Source of the DNA: Eledone cirrhosa
Lineage: Eukaryota
Assembly: GCA_964016885.1 (NCBI GenBank)
Contig: OZ024755.1
Span: forward strand, 22,754,001 to 22,818,000
Direction of reading: 5' to 3'
DNA: 64,000 nt
The stretch's first letter is position 1; each line of letters opens with the position of its first letter. Shown here in pieces: positions 35,901 through 50,900 of this stretch. A program made the position numbers and the translations under genes. The notes below the pieces were generated by a model. The model ran no database searches. It worked only from the letters and a program-made list of their open reading frames with translations, and was not told where the DNA came from.

Positions 35901-38900
35901 AATATATTAAAGTTAAAAATTGACAAATATATTTATATTTATTTATAAAGTTACTAATGATGTTAGTTCCTAACAGTATATTCAGACTTATTTGTTCTTA
36001 GATAATAAACTATTCTGTGATCATATTTCTAATGAAATAATACACTCCCAATGTGTTTCAAATAATTTTGAAAATAATCAAGAATTTGAAGGGATTTAGT
36101 AGAATAACTTTTTCATTATTAATCTGGCATTTGGAACATAAATGGTTCTTCTTTGAAATTATGATGTAAGGTTTTAATATAAATCTGAACACTTTAAAAC
36201 GGTCAGTTTTGTATCACAAAACCAAAGGTGATTTCAGGAGGTTTGATATCAAGCAACTTAAGAAATGCATTTATTCAACAACTTACAGGTTACAGGAGCC
36301 TTTATAAAGTCTCTTGGCCTGCAAGTAACAGCAGCTAAATCTCATTGAACTCAAATAGCACTGTCTTAAATAAAAGACACATTGGACAACCTTGATTTAT
36401 AAAAAAAGGACGAGATGATTTTGTTTCTGCTTGATCAAGGCTAAACAATACTAAACAAAATATTAGGGCTAAACAATACTAAGCAAAATACTAAAACAAT
36501 GCAGGTTAATTTCCAGAAAAAAAGTCATCGTTGAAAGAGAATAAATACTATACAGGGAAGTAAAATGAGATATATTAATTAAAAGAAATTAAAAAAAACA
36601 CATTGGTAATACCTGGAGGGATCTGGATTGGTAACCATAGCATTATATGCTTTCTCATAATGTCCTAATTCTAAATGATATTTAAATACTTTTAGATATA
36701 ATGTTGCCTGAAAACAGAAAAGGAATTTGAGTGAGATGAACAACTTTAGGTAGAGCTTACATAAAGTTAACTCTTAATATCCTGTACCACATAAAACTAC
36801 ATCAGTTAAGTACAGGTATGTATATTTTACATTTTAATAAAATGTGTAGCCCAGACAGAGAGGGTGGAGAAGACATTGCCTTGGAGGATGGCAAGGGAGA
36901 CGGTAAAACATAGTATGCAAACAATATATCTTAAGGGACAGTCCACCTCGTAGTCTCGGCCGACAGGATGGAGAAGATATTTCTCTGGAGGATGGTGAGG
37001 GAGAAGTGCTGGAATGGCCAGTCACCTCACGGGGCTAGCAATTTCAGGTAGCCAACTCTGCTCCGATAGCAGTGAGTTGGGATGAGGTCTGGGGGACCAA
37101 GAATACTTGAAGTCTCCACTGCCACAGGCTCAAATATTTCATATCATAATAATTAGAGACGGAGAAAAGATACTTACTATATTAGGATCAGATTCATTAG
37201 CAATACAGATAGCTTTCTCTGCAAGTGAAATCACTATATGTGGATGTTGAAAATGTTCAAACTGGTTGATAATCTGTGGAATGGAATAAAAACAAGAATC
37301 TAAATAGTGAAGTTCAAGAAAGTATAATTGATATCAAATATTCAGAAAATAATTAAAATAGATAAGCTTTGCCAGTCAATTGAATTTTGTTTTTAGTAGG
37401 TGGAGTGAGTGAGTGAATGCAGAAAAACCTATGAGATCTTCTCATAAGTGTAACATTTCTCTTACCTTGAGGTAGTAATTTACTTCCATCATACAACTAT
37501 TCATATCATCGTTAATTTGTAAGAGTTTCCGTACCAAAAATGGCTCCCCATTATTCAATCCTTCAGCTGATTCAACAAATGACTGTGCTGCTTTATAGGG
37601 TTCACTGTAATTAAAATTCATTATTATTATTATTGGTGGATTGGCAGTATCGGTAGAGGATCGGACGCCATGCTTTGACGCATAGAGTTACGGCCCTTGC
37701 CATTCTGAGTTCAAATCCCGCCGAGGTTAACTTTGCCTGTCATCCTTACGGGGTCGATAAAATAAAGTACCAGTAATGTACTGGGTAATTTCTGGCCTTG
37801 TGCCAATAGTAGAAACAATTATTATTATTATTAACATTATCATCATAGTTTAGACAAGTCACAAGAATATCTAAACAATACATCATCATCACCATGTAAT
37901 GTCTATTTTCTATGTTTGTAAGGGTTTGGCAGGTTAACATGATCTGAGGAAATACTGGATAATTGAAGTAACCATGTCTTGCTCATATGTTCCACTTATA
38001 GCATGGTTTCCTTCCCAACGCCAACAACTTTACAAGGTCTACTGGGTGTATTTTATCCTAACTAAAACACTAATACCTCACAGGGTGAACTGAGGGCTTT
38101 TTTGTCATGGCACCAGCACTACCACCTAACAGGATGGACAGAGTGCTTTCTAGTCACATATTTCTCAGCTTATATACAAGTATATACAGTAATTATATCT
38201 CTTTACTTTCTGAGCCTAAGGTCAATGTAATCAACTATAATCCACCACCCTCAAATTGGTAGCCTTGTACCTATGTGATTGATAAAACTATTTTGTTAAA
38301 AATGAATTAAGTTAATGTGTGTATTTACAGAATTTGATAGTAGTAAATGCTAATATTACTGATATATTGGCTGGCAATTCTTAACATTTAACACCCTGTA
38401 ATAATTTAACAGAAAATATTTAAAAACAAGTGGGTTAATTTAAATGTTTAGTGTCTTTACTTGCAGACAGATCATTGTGAAAAATTGTAGAATTAGAGAA
38501 AAGACTTGCTAATGTGGATTCATGTGGTTTGTTAATTTAAATGTTTATAGTACTTTTACTGGTGGACATTGTAAAACTACGTAGTATTTGAGAGAAAACT
38601 CTTCAATGTTTAACAGGAAGCTATCATAGAATATTTTGCTAATGCAGTTTTACGTGATGTGGGACATTACGAGTTTAAAAAGGAAAAGGAATTACTAACT
38701 TGAAATAAAGATAGGCCTGTCCAAGGAGGAACTTTCTTGAGTGTTCATTCTTTGCACACCAGGAAGACAACATACGCACATATTCCTGCAGGTGGAGATA
38801 TTGACAGTGTCCAACAAGGAACTCAGGGAATAAGAAGCTAAAACTGTCAGGCCATCTGATGAAATAAGTTAAGGATTAAAAAATCAAAACAAAACATGAA

Positions 38901-41900
38901 AAATATTCATATTGGCTGAGTGAAGGTGAATGTCTTGTGATATTGTAACATCCCTTTATGGGTGATGGTAGACTTAATTTGACATTCTGTTTAACCCTTT
39001 TGATACCAAACCTCCCCTAGTTCTGTGAAACATTGCATCCTACATTTCAAAGGATGGCCAGTTGTGATTTTAGAGGTATTTGGTTGAGCTCTTTAGCTTA
39101 GCTTAGAGGATGTCAATACAAGTGGTGTGCTGAAATCATCATCATCGTTTAACATCCATCTTCCACGCTAGCATGGTATCATAACAATATCTGTCAACAA
39201 GAAACAAATCAAAATAATGATCAATAACAAAACAGCCAAATCCAATGGAGATGGTTGCTTCTGATAGAACACTCTAGAAAGATGCTGCCCTCACGACCCT
39301 CACAGGAAATGGAGATGGTTGCTTTCGACAGGACCCCCTGGAAAGATACTACCACTATGACCCTCTCAGGAATAAGTGTGCAGAGAAGAGAAAGAAGTGG
39401 AAGAAAGAAAGAACATTTTAAAAAAAATTTCTGTTGAAAAGGATACAAAAGTTTGGCTAAAATTTTGATGATTGGAATTAAAGAATTTAGCCATAGAGTT
39501 GGGATCTCCTCGTTCAACATTTTGCTGTTGACTAATGTTGTTCGCACTTGAAGACCTCCAATTCCTCGTAGAAAAAGCTCTGCTAACGTCAGCAAAGGCT
39601 GGCCTTTTGTTAGAAAAAAGTAACATCAGAATTAGAAGGGTGTTAGTTCATTTACAAATTTTAACTAAAGTAGCTAAGACCTCCAATTCTTTAATTCCTC
39701 GTAGAAAAAACTGCTATTGTCAGCAATAGCTGGCCTTTTGATAAAAGTGAATTAAGTTAGTTCATTTACAAATCTTAGCTGATGTAGTTAAGACATCAAT
39801 TGGTTGCAACTAAAAACATCTTAATTACACAGCCACGATTTCATCTATTCAGAATTTCTCATGCATCACCATATGTCCACACTTACTTCAAATTGCCACT
39901 ATTGCATATATGTAGAGTTATACATAATATTAAGCTTTAACCCTTTAGCATTTACATTACTCTATATGTACTACTAGCAGCAGTACCCAGCGTTGCCTGG
40001 GTAGGTAAAATAATATCTGCTTTGATGAAAAGGTGTTGATCTTAGCGACTGCTTCTCGATGACTCAACTATGGCCACACACAGGCTATGCGGGGGAGGGT
40101 GGTGATGACCTCTATCACTGAGAAATGTGGGTGACTGATGAAGGGGCATGCTGGGGGAGGGAATTTTGAATTTGAACAAAATCAGTTGAAAAATGTGGGA
40201 GCTAGAGCCGAAAAGGCGCTATTTTCGAATTTTTAAGCGGCTGCCACACCGTTCCTGAACAAAAAATCCAAAATGTAAAGCCACTTTTAAAACGTGAAAT
40301 AATCAGATCTAGCATAGTGTAAAATTTTAACAAAGTAGGTTGATTAATGTGGGAGCTAGAGCCGAAAAAGTGGAAATTTGAGTCTAAAAGTGGTATTTTT
40401 TAATATTTAAGCGGCTGCCACGCCGTCCCTGAACAACAAATGCAAAATATAAAGCCATTACAGGATGTGCAATGATAAATTCTATTTTGCTTTAAAATTT
40501 GAACGAAATCGGTGGCAAAATGTGGGAGCTAGAGCCAAAAATCTTATTTTTCGATACCTAAAAGAAGGTGCCCCCCCCCCCCCATATCGATTTTTATCTG
40601 CAGAATGACCCCGGAATATAAAAACGATACGCTGATATATAGAAAACACTCCCCGATGACTAATCTATGAGCCTCAGTCATAAGATGTAGGCCCCTATAG
40701 GTAATACACACACACACATACTTAATTTTATATATATACAGATTATATTTTCATGGTAAAGGCTTTATCTCACATAATATCGAATCTACAAAATTTTGAT
40801 ATTATATATTTTGAGAACAATACCTTAACACCAGTATGAGCAGCCAGTTAGAACAGAAAGAGGTGAGAGAATTCTGGCCGGATACAGCCGGTTTAAATTT
40901 CAAAACAAAACACAATCCTCAACATAATAATATTATGATGCCTTGTACTAACCTGAGCCTACATGTGGTGTGTATACTGGTGTTTGTGCTGTGGCTTCTG
41001 ATATGTCAAGTGCAGCCAGTTGTGTTAGGTTGAAATCTCTAGAAAACAAGAAAAGTTAAAGTCAGAGTCACATTTTAGATATTCACAAACTCATTCACCA
41101 AAATGGGATTATATTGAAAAAAAAAAAATTCATGCACTTGATAAGTTCTCCAATCTCTAATCCACAATTGACCTAAATCCTCTATCTGACTTTTGTATTT
41201 TTCAGTAATGTCTGTAACTTTCTTTCACTGTACCAAAGACTTCAATTCTTTCTACCACAGTACTTCAATCCTTGTGAAAGCATGTGGCTTAATGGTTGGG
41301 GCGTTTGGCTCACAATCTTAAGGTTGTGAGTTTGATTCCTGGTGATGCGTTGAATCCTTGAGCAAGACACTTTATTTCATGTTGTTCCAGTTCACTCAAC
41401 TGGCAAAAACCAGTTGTAACTGTAATTCAAAGAGCCAACCTTGTCACAACTGAACCCGAAAATCTCCCCGAAAACTACATTAAAGATGCACATGTCTGGG
41501 GAATGCTCAGCCACCTGAATTTCCATGAGCAGATACGTTTTTATGTTTGAATGATTAAAACGCTCATTGTTGGTACCAACAGAGATCCAACACACACATC
41601 TTATCTCTGTTTCTTCTGAGCAAGTAATATGGAAATGCATATCTGTAAAAACTGCTCAAATCAGGGTAATGAATATGAATGACTGCTTGTAGTACCTATG
41701 CATTAGTTGTTTTTGAATACTACATGGCTGCTTTTTTCAGATATTTATGATGATAAAATTTCCAAATTTATATTAACAGCATTTATTCCTAGGATTTTTA
41801 TAGAAATTTCTAGAAAATTGAAGCATTTGAAATTATTTATCCACAAGAAAAGCTCATTTAAAAAATTTCTTTAAAAAAGAAAATCAACTTCAGATAAAAG

Positions 41901-44900
41901 TTTAAGCTACTAAAGAAATTCCCCAGTTCCTGCCATCAGGTAATTAAACAATAATATATAAACATACAATGTATTAGCTGGACTTGGCATGGCAACAGTG
42001 GTCATCACCCACTTCAGAACAAGGTAACATCGGAAATTAAGGATTACTTGAGGCATTAAATTGGTTTGCAGAGACCAACATCGTCCACTGTTACAATGGG
42101 CCTGGAAATACAAAGTTTAGTGTTAATCAGTATGATCATTCAAGTAATGGTCTCACACTTAAAGACAAAATATGTTTTCAGGATCTTATCACAATTTATA
42201 TTCTACATACATGTAGGGACCACTTAGGAGTATAATGAGCTTGGTGAAGTCATTTTCAGGCTTATTCCAGTATTGATGTACTCAAAAGCTAGTTAAAATA
42301 TTAATTTCTCAAAAAAAAACTATATATAATATAATAAATATTTTTTTTAAATTAGAGGTTAATTACCTTGGTGCCAAATAGCATCTCTAAGTAATAATCT
42401 TTCGGGAGATATATTTTTCTAAATATACTAGTTTTTGATCAAGCAGGATTACTAACTTCTCAGATGACATAGGAGCCAAAGAGCAAAATGAACCACTAAA
42501 TAAATAAGGAGTCCTAGTATTAACACTTGACATCCTGTAATGATTTAGCAGAAAAATGTCAAAGTGGGTTTGTTGATTCAGATGTTTATAGTATCTTTAC
42601 AAGGACAGATTATTGTGAAGATCTGCAGTAAATTAAAGTAAAAACTATAATTTTTAATGTGATGTAATCATAGTGTTATTTTGTACTTTTCAAGAATATC
42701 TTGCTAATGTGGTACAGGATGTTAGGTGTTAATAAAATTGAAAGCTTTACCTGGTCTCCACATTTTATTGCAACCAAAAGTAGCAAGAGAAGGTCACGTG
42801 TGGCATTCAAGCGAGTGCAAACAAAATGCTCCATATGTGCAATAATGACAGATGTTGCACAGTTACTTGCAAAAAGTTGACCCCAATCAATCTGTGATAA
42901 GAGACCTACAAAGAAAGAAAATACAGTATCTTTTTTTTATTCCTTTGTTCCATTTTTAAAATGTGTTCATTTATGTCTAGATTGAAGGTTGGAAAGATTT
43001 CCAATTCGGACATTATTTCTTCTTCGCCCCCCAAAATACCACAATGAAAACCCCATCTTTACAGCTCAGATTCTTTCTCCAGATTACTAACTAGCAATAA
43101 TCCAAGAAATGGTGGGTTACAGATGTACAACTTTATAAGGTTAATTTTCTCCCAGATGTCACATATGGTATTTGATATTGCTCTAAGCTTTTCCTCTTCA
43201 ATTTTGTCTAATACTTTAATTCAAAAGACATTAAGGAATTAGATTAAAACATGTTGCCTCATTCAACTGTTTTTGAAGCCAACCAGTCATTTCTCAATCT
43301 TCAATAAAGCCATGCGTTAAACCTTCAAACTGACTAAACGTTTGTACTTACCAAGACATTAGAAACAAATTTCTAGCTAGTCTTTTCCAGCAAATATGCA
43401 TAAGAGGTATTATTTTTTAGTTCAACCCTTGTGTGTACATAAGCAAGCAATTGTTCTTGTAATAATCAACTACATCATGACATACATACACAGAGAAAGA
43501 GAGGGTGAAAAACATTTAAAACTTACGTGAAGAATCATTAAGGTCTATAGGGTCTAGTTGCTGTGTGCTGAGGTTCAAATGGGTGGAAATCACACGGACA
43601 GCATTGACAAAATCAATTATATTTTCCAAATGAGATTTGATGTTGTCAATCAGAAGATCATTCAAAGCTAAACTAATATAAGAAAAAAAAAAAAAAAAAA
43701 TCATAGATAAAAACAATGTAACAACAAATATTTTAGCAGATAAAAAAAACACACAAACATTTTCTTTCATGATGATCATCATATAATTGTTTCTACTTTT
43801 GGCACAAGGCCAGCAATTATCCCAGTGCATTACTGGTACTTTGGGCTACATAGGTAGACAGACAGACAGACAAACAAATAGATTATTATGTTATTGATCT
43901 TGTCTGGTTGCTTTGCTGGGTTGCCAATTCCTGTCGTAATTGTTTTAACCCTTTAGCATTTACATTACTCTATATATATATTATTGTATTTTCACGGTAA
44001 AGTCTTTATCTCACATAATATCAAATCTACAAGATTTTGATGTTATTTATTTTGAGAACAATACCTTAACACCAGTATGAACAGAAAGAGGTGAGAGAAT
44101 TCTGGCTGGATACGGCCAGTTTAAATTTCAAAACAAAACAATGACCGTTTATATTTTAGAACTTTAGAAGAAATTAACTATTAACAGTCCAACACCTCAC
44201 TAATTAAACCTGAAATACTGACAACATAGTTGAAAAACAAATGAAAAGGTTGTTTAATTAAAAAACTTACCAAGAATCTACCAAGCTACCAGCAGCCTGC
44301 TCAAGATCTAGAGACACTGAAGCTTCGTATTCCAGTTGGCTTCCAAGGTCCTCACTGATATCTCCAGCTATAAGCTGCATACATTTGAACACACTCAGCA
44401 CATCTGTCACCATATGGCCCTCTACAAAAACAATGTATAATATAATCTACTATTGTCAACACATCAAAATACTATATTGCTCTTAACAAGAACAACAATA
44501 TATATACCACTATATACCACACTCCAGTATGCCTACAATTATGTGGGTTGGCTGAAAAGTTCATAAGCTGTCTATGAAGAAGTGATGTTAGTACTGTGAA
44601 ATCTTGTATGCATTAATTTCAACTCTTATTAATAAGTGCATTGTTTCTTTCCCAAAATAAACCTCATTTGGTCATTCTATGAGAGTATCTTGGTCAGCAT
44701 ACCCTCATAAATAGTCACATCCGAAACAATCTATTAATTTACCGCCTGTAATCCCTTTTCTTATCTCTCTTGCTGTTGGAATTAAATGATGAACAGATAC
44801 ACACACACACACATGCCTGGTTTCCTTGGTGTTAAGAGACTAAGAATACAAGATTCTCGCTGGATAGGACACCAGTCTATCACAGGATTAACTCCCCAGC

Positions 44901-47900
44901 TACTGCTGGTACTCACTCTTAGCTGACTGTATTGGAGCAATGTGAAATAAAGTGTTTTGCTCAAGGACACAATGCAGCAGCCTGTCCAGGAATCAAACCG
45001 ACAACACTACAATCATACATCAATCATCGTTATCATTAGGCCACGCAGTTTCACAAAAATCATGGGTTCCTGTTTGAAGGTTCACAAAATTATTAGTGCT
45101 TCACACACTGTATGGCAGCTGTCTGTTATCAATTTACAGCAAAAATATAAATGAAAATAATAAAGCCTCATACACACACACACACACACACAAATAAAGA
45201 ATGAAACAATTGCACTAGTTCGATGCAATGCAAACAATAATTACCTGCTCTGCATTCTACAGCATTGAGAAGGGCAACTGCAGCTTCAGTACTACCATCA
45301 CCAATGTAGAGTTCTTCAACAATGTCACACGGACAGAAATATGTCAGATGATTCTGTGATAAATAAATAAATAGAGGTAAACAGACTATAATTGAAAGTA
45401 ATTGATTGGGTAAATGATAAAGATATCAGTGGGTTAGTTTATAAGATATCAGAGGGAGAGTTTATAAGATATCAGTGGGTTAGTTTATAAGATATCAGAG
45501 GGTGAGTTTATAAGATATCAGAGGGTGAGTTTATAAGATATCAGTGGGGTAGTTTATAAGTAGAGATAGTCAGTGGGGTGGTTTATAAGATACCAGTGGG
45601 GTAGTTTATAAGTAAAGATATCAGTGGGGTAGTTTATAAGTAAAATAGTGAATTGGGTAGTTGATTAAATAAGACAATGGGGGATAATTAAAAACAAATA
45701 GTTACACTGAATTAAAGGAAGTTAATAAAGAAATTCATCTGACTAAACAAAAGACTAATTATATGGATATATAGTTGATATGAAATATATTAAAAGTATA
45801 TATATTAAGCATATTGACAATAATATGCCGCTTTTTTTTCTTTTTGCCAGAATATGATCACCCTTTCTAGTTCCAACTATTCAAAGATGAAATGGAAATG
45901 ACAAACTGATTGAAGCAACTGAAATTCCTCATGTAAAGTACAAAAAATTACCTTTCGTATACAGCAGATAAGTCCTGATTGTTCATCAACAAATAAGCCT
46001 AGACATTTTGAATCAACCTGTACAATAAAATAAAAAAGAGCGATAAGATAAAAATTTACACTACTAACATGTGCATGTAGTTATATGAGTTTATTTAGAC
46101 AGGCTTTCCTTGGTTGCCATTTTTAGCATAGAGCAGGTGATTAGTCATTTTCTTTCTATGATTAAATGAAAGGATTTGGATCCAGCTCAAAACTATTAAG
46201 AAACACTCAACAGTTAGACAATACTCCCACTGCTTACAATCGTAAACTACACTACTCTACAGTGCTTATTTACAACTAAATGTCAATGAGAGTAAAAATT
46301 AGTGAAAACTTGAACCCCTTCATCACGATATTTTAAAAAAAAATACTACCTATGATTTTCCTTTTCATTATTAAGTTGGTGTTTGGAGCATAACTTAAAA
46401 GGTTCTTACATAAACTCATGGTGGAAAGATTTTAGATAAATAAACAATTTTAGATAAATAAACTTCAAAATAAACAATTCTATATCATAGAAAAAAGGTG
46501 GCTTCAGGTAGGTTGGTATTAAAAAGATTAAAGATATTAGCTACTCTAAGTTGCAGCAAGCTGGAGTGGTGGGGATTTTTGAGGAAGGGTGCCATGATGA
46601 ATCAGAACACAAGAAGGCAATTATAGTAGGCCATCCATCCTTATTGTCTCACCATAGTCATGTGGCTGAGTGGATAGAGAATTGGATTCGCAATCGTGAG
46701 GATGTGAGTTCGATACCCAGATTGGATGATGCGTTATATCCTTGAGCAAGACACTTTATTTCATGTTGCTCTTTCTACCTGGTGTTGCGACCGATAGATA
46801 GTATTAGCAATTGGAAAAACCAATGGAAGCATTGCTTCCTTGCTCCGATTTGACGAGAGTCGATTGACTGTCAGTAGTCACAATTCCTCAGTTATGAAAC
46901 CCATGATGCTCAGTTTTAAATTATACTTCCTACAAGCCAACTAAATTAAATTCACCCATGGAGCTGTAGAGGCAGCCGTCCTGGGTATATAAACCTGATG
47001 TGGTTCATTCCTCTCCAGATTTGAACAGAGTAGGATGGAAGTGGGATGGAGGGAATTAACCACAATACTTTATCTATCAACCTCAAAAAATTGGCCTCAG
47101 AGGTATTTGAAATCAAAGCAGAGACAACTGGAACGAATACTGTAAAGGCATTCTAACAACTCTGCCAATTCGCAGCTTGTAAACAAATACAAAAGAAAAG
47201 AAAAAAAAATCTAACGCACCTCCTGGTATTGAACACAACAAGAATAAAATTTTGTCCAATGTTCAAGCTGTAGTTGGCAGTATTCATCTTCATCAAGTTG
47301 GTATTCCATAGCAGCATTACGGATCTGGAAGAAACAAAACAGAATGCCAAAATGTAAAGAATGGTTTAATAGTAAACAGCTTTTATATCCTCAACATAAT
47401 AATTGTTTCTACTTTAGGCATAAAGCCAACAATTATCCCAGTTCATTACTGGTGCTTTATTTTGCTGACACTGTAAAGATGAAAGGCAGAGTTAACTTCG
47501 GTGGGATTTGAACTCATGGTGTCTGACGTTCTACCAATACTGCCAAACCATCCTCAACATAATAATTGTTTCTACTTTTGGCACAAGGCCAGCAATTATC
47601 CCAGTGTATTACTGGTACTTTATTTTATCGACTCCGTAAGGATGAAAGGCAAAGTTAACCTCGGCAGGATTTGAACTGAGAATGGCAAGGGCCGTAACTC
47701 TATGCTGTAAAGCATGGCGTCGACCCTCTACCCTTTGTTTCACAATGTTTCAGAAGAGAATTTGGTTTAACTATCAACCAAAACATAGATAGCAAGGATG
47801 CAGATTCTTCTCCACTATTCTATATACATTTTCTATGCTTCTCTAGTGAAGGTGCATGGCCTAATGGTTAAGATGCTTGACATAGAATCGTAACGTTATC

Positions 47901-50900
47901 AGTACAATCGCTGGACTGGGCTGTATGCTGGGTTTCTGAGCAAAACACTATTTCAAGTTGCTACACAACACTCAGTTGAGAGTGAATACCAGCAGTAGCT
48001 GGGGGAATTAAACCTGCAATAGACTGGCATCCTATCCATGGAGAGTTGTGTACTCTCAGCCATTTAACGCCAAGGAAACCAAAGATAAGCACCTCCCTGA
48101 TGAGCCTTCGGCTTAGAACAGACTTTAACTAACTAACTTCTTTAGTATTGGTGCCACAAAAATGCACCCACTCCACTTTCAAGTGGTTGGTGATAGGAAG
48201 GATATCCAGCTTTAGAAACCATGTCAAAAACATAACATCCCTAGTGCTGGTAACAAAATAAAACATATGATAATGAAAACGAGATACAACATCTGTAGCA
48301 AGATTTGAACTTACAATATTTATGATTAGCACTTTGAACTTAACAGGCCAAAATCAGAAATTCAGAAATGGACAGATAATCAGTTTGAGATATAAAAAAT
48401 GTAGTACTTACTTCGGTTTCAACAGTATTTGTAACTTCTTCCTTTAGACTGACCAGACTAATGGTATCTTGTCTGACATGGACTGAACGTTTATAAACCT
48501 GGAAAGAAAAACAAAATAGGCCTTATGACTGAATCTTGCATCAAGTTTGATGGGAGTTAGATGCTTTGGTTCTTTACAATAGTTGACATATTTCATATGC
48601 ATTATCTTTTACATTAAGGACGGGGGTCCTTTTAAGACAGGACAGGAATGAATAAACCCTTTTGATACGAATCTGCTCCAAACCAGCTCTAGCTCTATGA
48701 AATAAAATCAACCATTTAAAAAAATTCCTATTCAAATTAAAACCTTCCAGCATAATTTTATATTAGAACCACATGTAAAGTTAATATTGTAGTAAATTGC
48801 TCAAAATCCTATATTAATTAATTGAAATGGAGAGTATTTCATCGTCATCATTGTTTTTATGTCTATTTTTCCATGCTTGAATGAGTTGTACAGGTCCTTT
48901 TCAGCATCTCTCCATACTGGTGCCACAATAAAATGTACCCAGGACACTCTGGAAAGTGGTTGGTGTTAGGAAGGATATCCAGTTGTACACATGCCAAAAA
49001 ATGGAATGTATGAGCAAGATGTGGATCTTGCCTGGCCTATTAAATCACAAGCTGACAACACATCCAATACATGCAAATCAGATGATGATGATGATATAAG
49101 GCTAGGCATAAATATGAAATTAAGAAATTTGCTTCACATTCACATGATTTTCGGTTCCAGATGACTGCACGGCACTTTAGGTGTTTTCTAATATAGCCTT
49201 GGATCATTCAATGTTTTATGAATGAATATGGTACATGGAAACTGAGCAGAGGTCTATCATATTTGTGTGTGTGTACGTGTATTTTCATATCAATACCATT
49301 TAAAGCAAGTGGTAACATGTCCAGTTTAAAATATATATCCTGCAGTGAACAGTATAAACCGTACTTAAAGTAAAGTATCAGGAAGGGCATCTTGCTATAA
49401 ACTTCTTCTTTGCCCACTTATTCCCGAGAGTGTTGTGGGGGCAGAGTTCTCAAACACTCCTTCCAGCAGGTCCTGCCAGAAGCAACCATCTCCAACTGAT
49501 CTGGCTGGATCCCTAAGCGAGATCATGGATGTTATCCAACTATCTTACTTGGGACCTGCCCCTGGGTCTCCTGTCGGTTGGGTTTGCCCATAAAATCTGT
49601 CCAGCGATTCTTTTCAGAGACATTCTAACCACATGCCCACAGTAGCGGAGCTGTGATCTCTTAATTCGTAGAAGTAGGGGCTCTATTTGGAGTGACTCAC
49701 TGACCTCCGAGAAATGCACTCTATCGGAGGAACCCCATTTCGGCTGATTGTATTTGTGATCATATTCTTTCGGTCATTACCCAAGATTCATGACCATAGG
49801 TAAGGGTTGGCACAAATACCAAATCGAAGATAGTGACTTTGGCTTTTTCAACTATCTCCCTTCTTCTGATTACCCAATGCTGAAGCTGGTACATTATTGC
49901 GCCAGCCCCTGCAATTCCTGCATTCCATCACTCATGAACACCTGCTTCAATGGAACTCCATTCACATGTAGAGTGTGTGGCGGGGAGTGTGCATGTGCTT
50001 CAGTGTGTATTTTAAAGAAATAAAATGCACCCAGTCCACTCTAACTTATGAGCAAGATGATGTCACTCTGATCTGTTTCGTATCACACCATGAAAACCTA
50101 TCAAATCCATACCAGCACGGGAAGCAGATAGTGGATTAACTAAATATCTAAAAAATAAAGCAAATAATACATACATTAAGAGCACGAACAATGTCCTGAG
50201 AGCTGAAGCAACCAGGATAGAAAATTTTCTCCATATAAACATCTCGAGGGTCACGGTAATTAGGAATCCAAAGGTCAGCTGTGTCTGGAGGTTGTAAGAG
50301 CACATCACACCATTCTTTAGCAGAGGTCCGTTCACTGTAAACAATATTTTCAAGAGGTTAAAACAATATTACAGAAAAGGAAAACTTCTATCATTTCTTA
50401 CACAAGCATTTGGAATTATAGTCTAAAGGACATTAACTTTTAACAGCTCCTGTACTATGGACATGTGGTTAGAATGTCTGAAGAAAGGAATACTGGACAG
50501 ATTTTACAGGCAGGAAACACAGGGGTAGACCATGAGCAAGATGGTTGGATAACATCCATAAATTCAGTTGGTCTCACTTGGAGATGCATCCTGATCATTT
50601 GGAGATGGTTGCTTCTTATAGGACTCAGCCCTCATAACTCCCAGGAATAAGTGGACGAAGATGAAGAAAAGATCTTGTAATAATTTAGCAGAAAATAGCT
50701 AAAAACAAGTTTGTCAATTCAAATGTTTATAGTACCTAAGTTAATGGACAGATCTTTGTGAAAATGTGTATTTTTTAGAATAAAGACTTTACTTAACCAC
50801 TTTAAAGTGTTAGCTGGGCACTTTTTCTCTACAGTTACCATTTATTATTATAGTTATCTGCATTGTAGTGACTATATTGTCAAGTTTATAATATACCTTG

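Noticed and set aside
45417-45662. Regular repeats resembling a CRISPR array
   Set aside because: Tandem minisatellite without unique spacers, no cas genes, eukaryotic intron.
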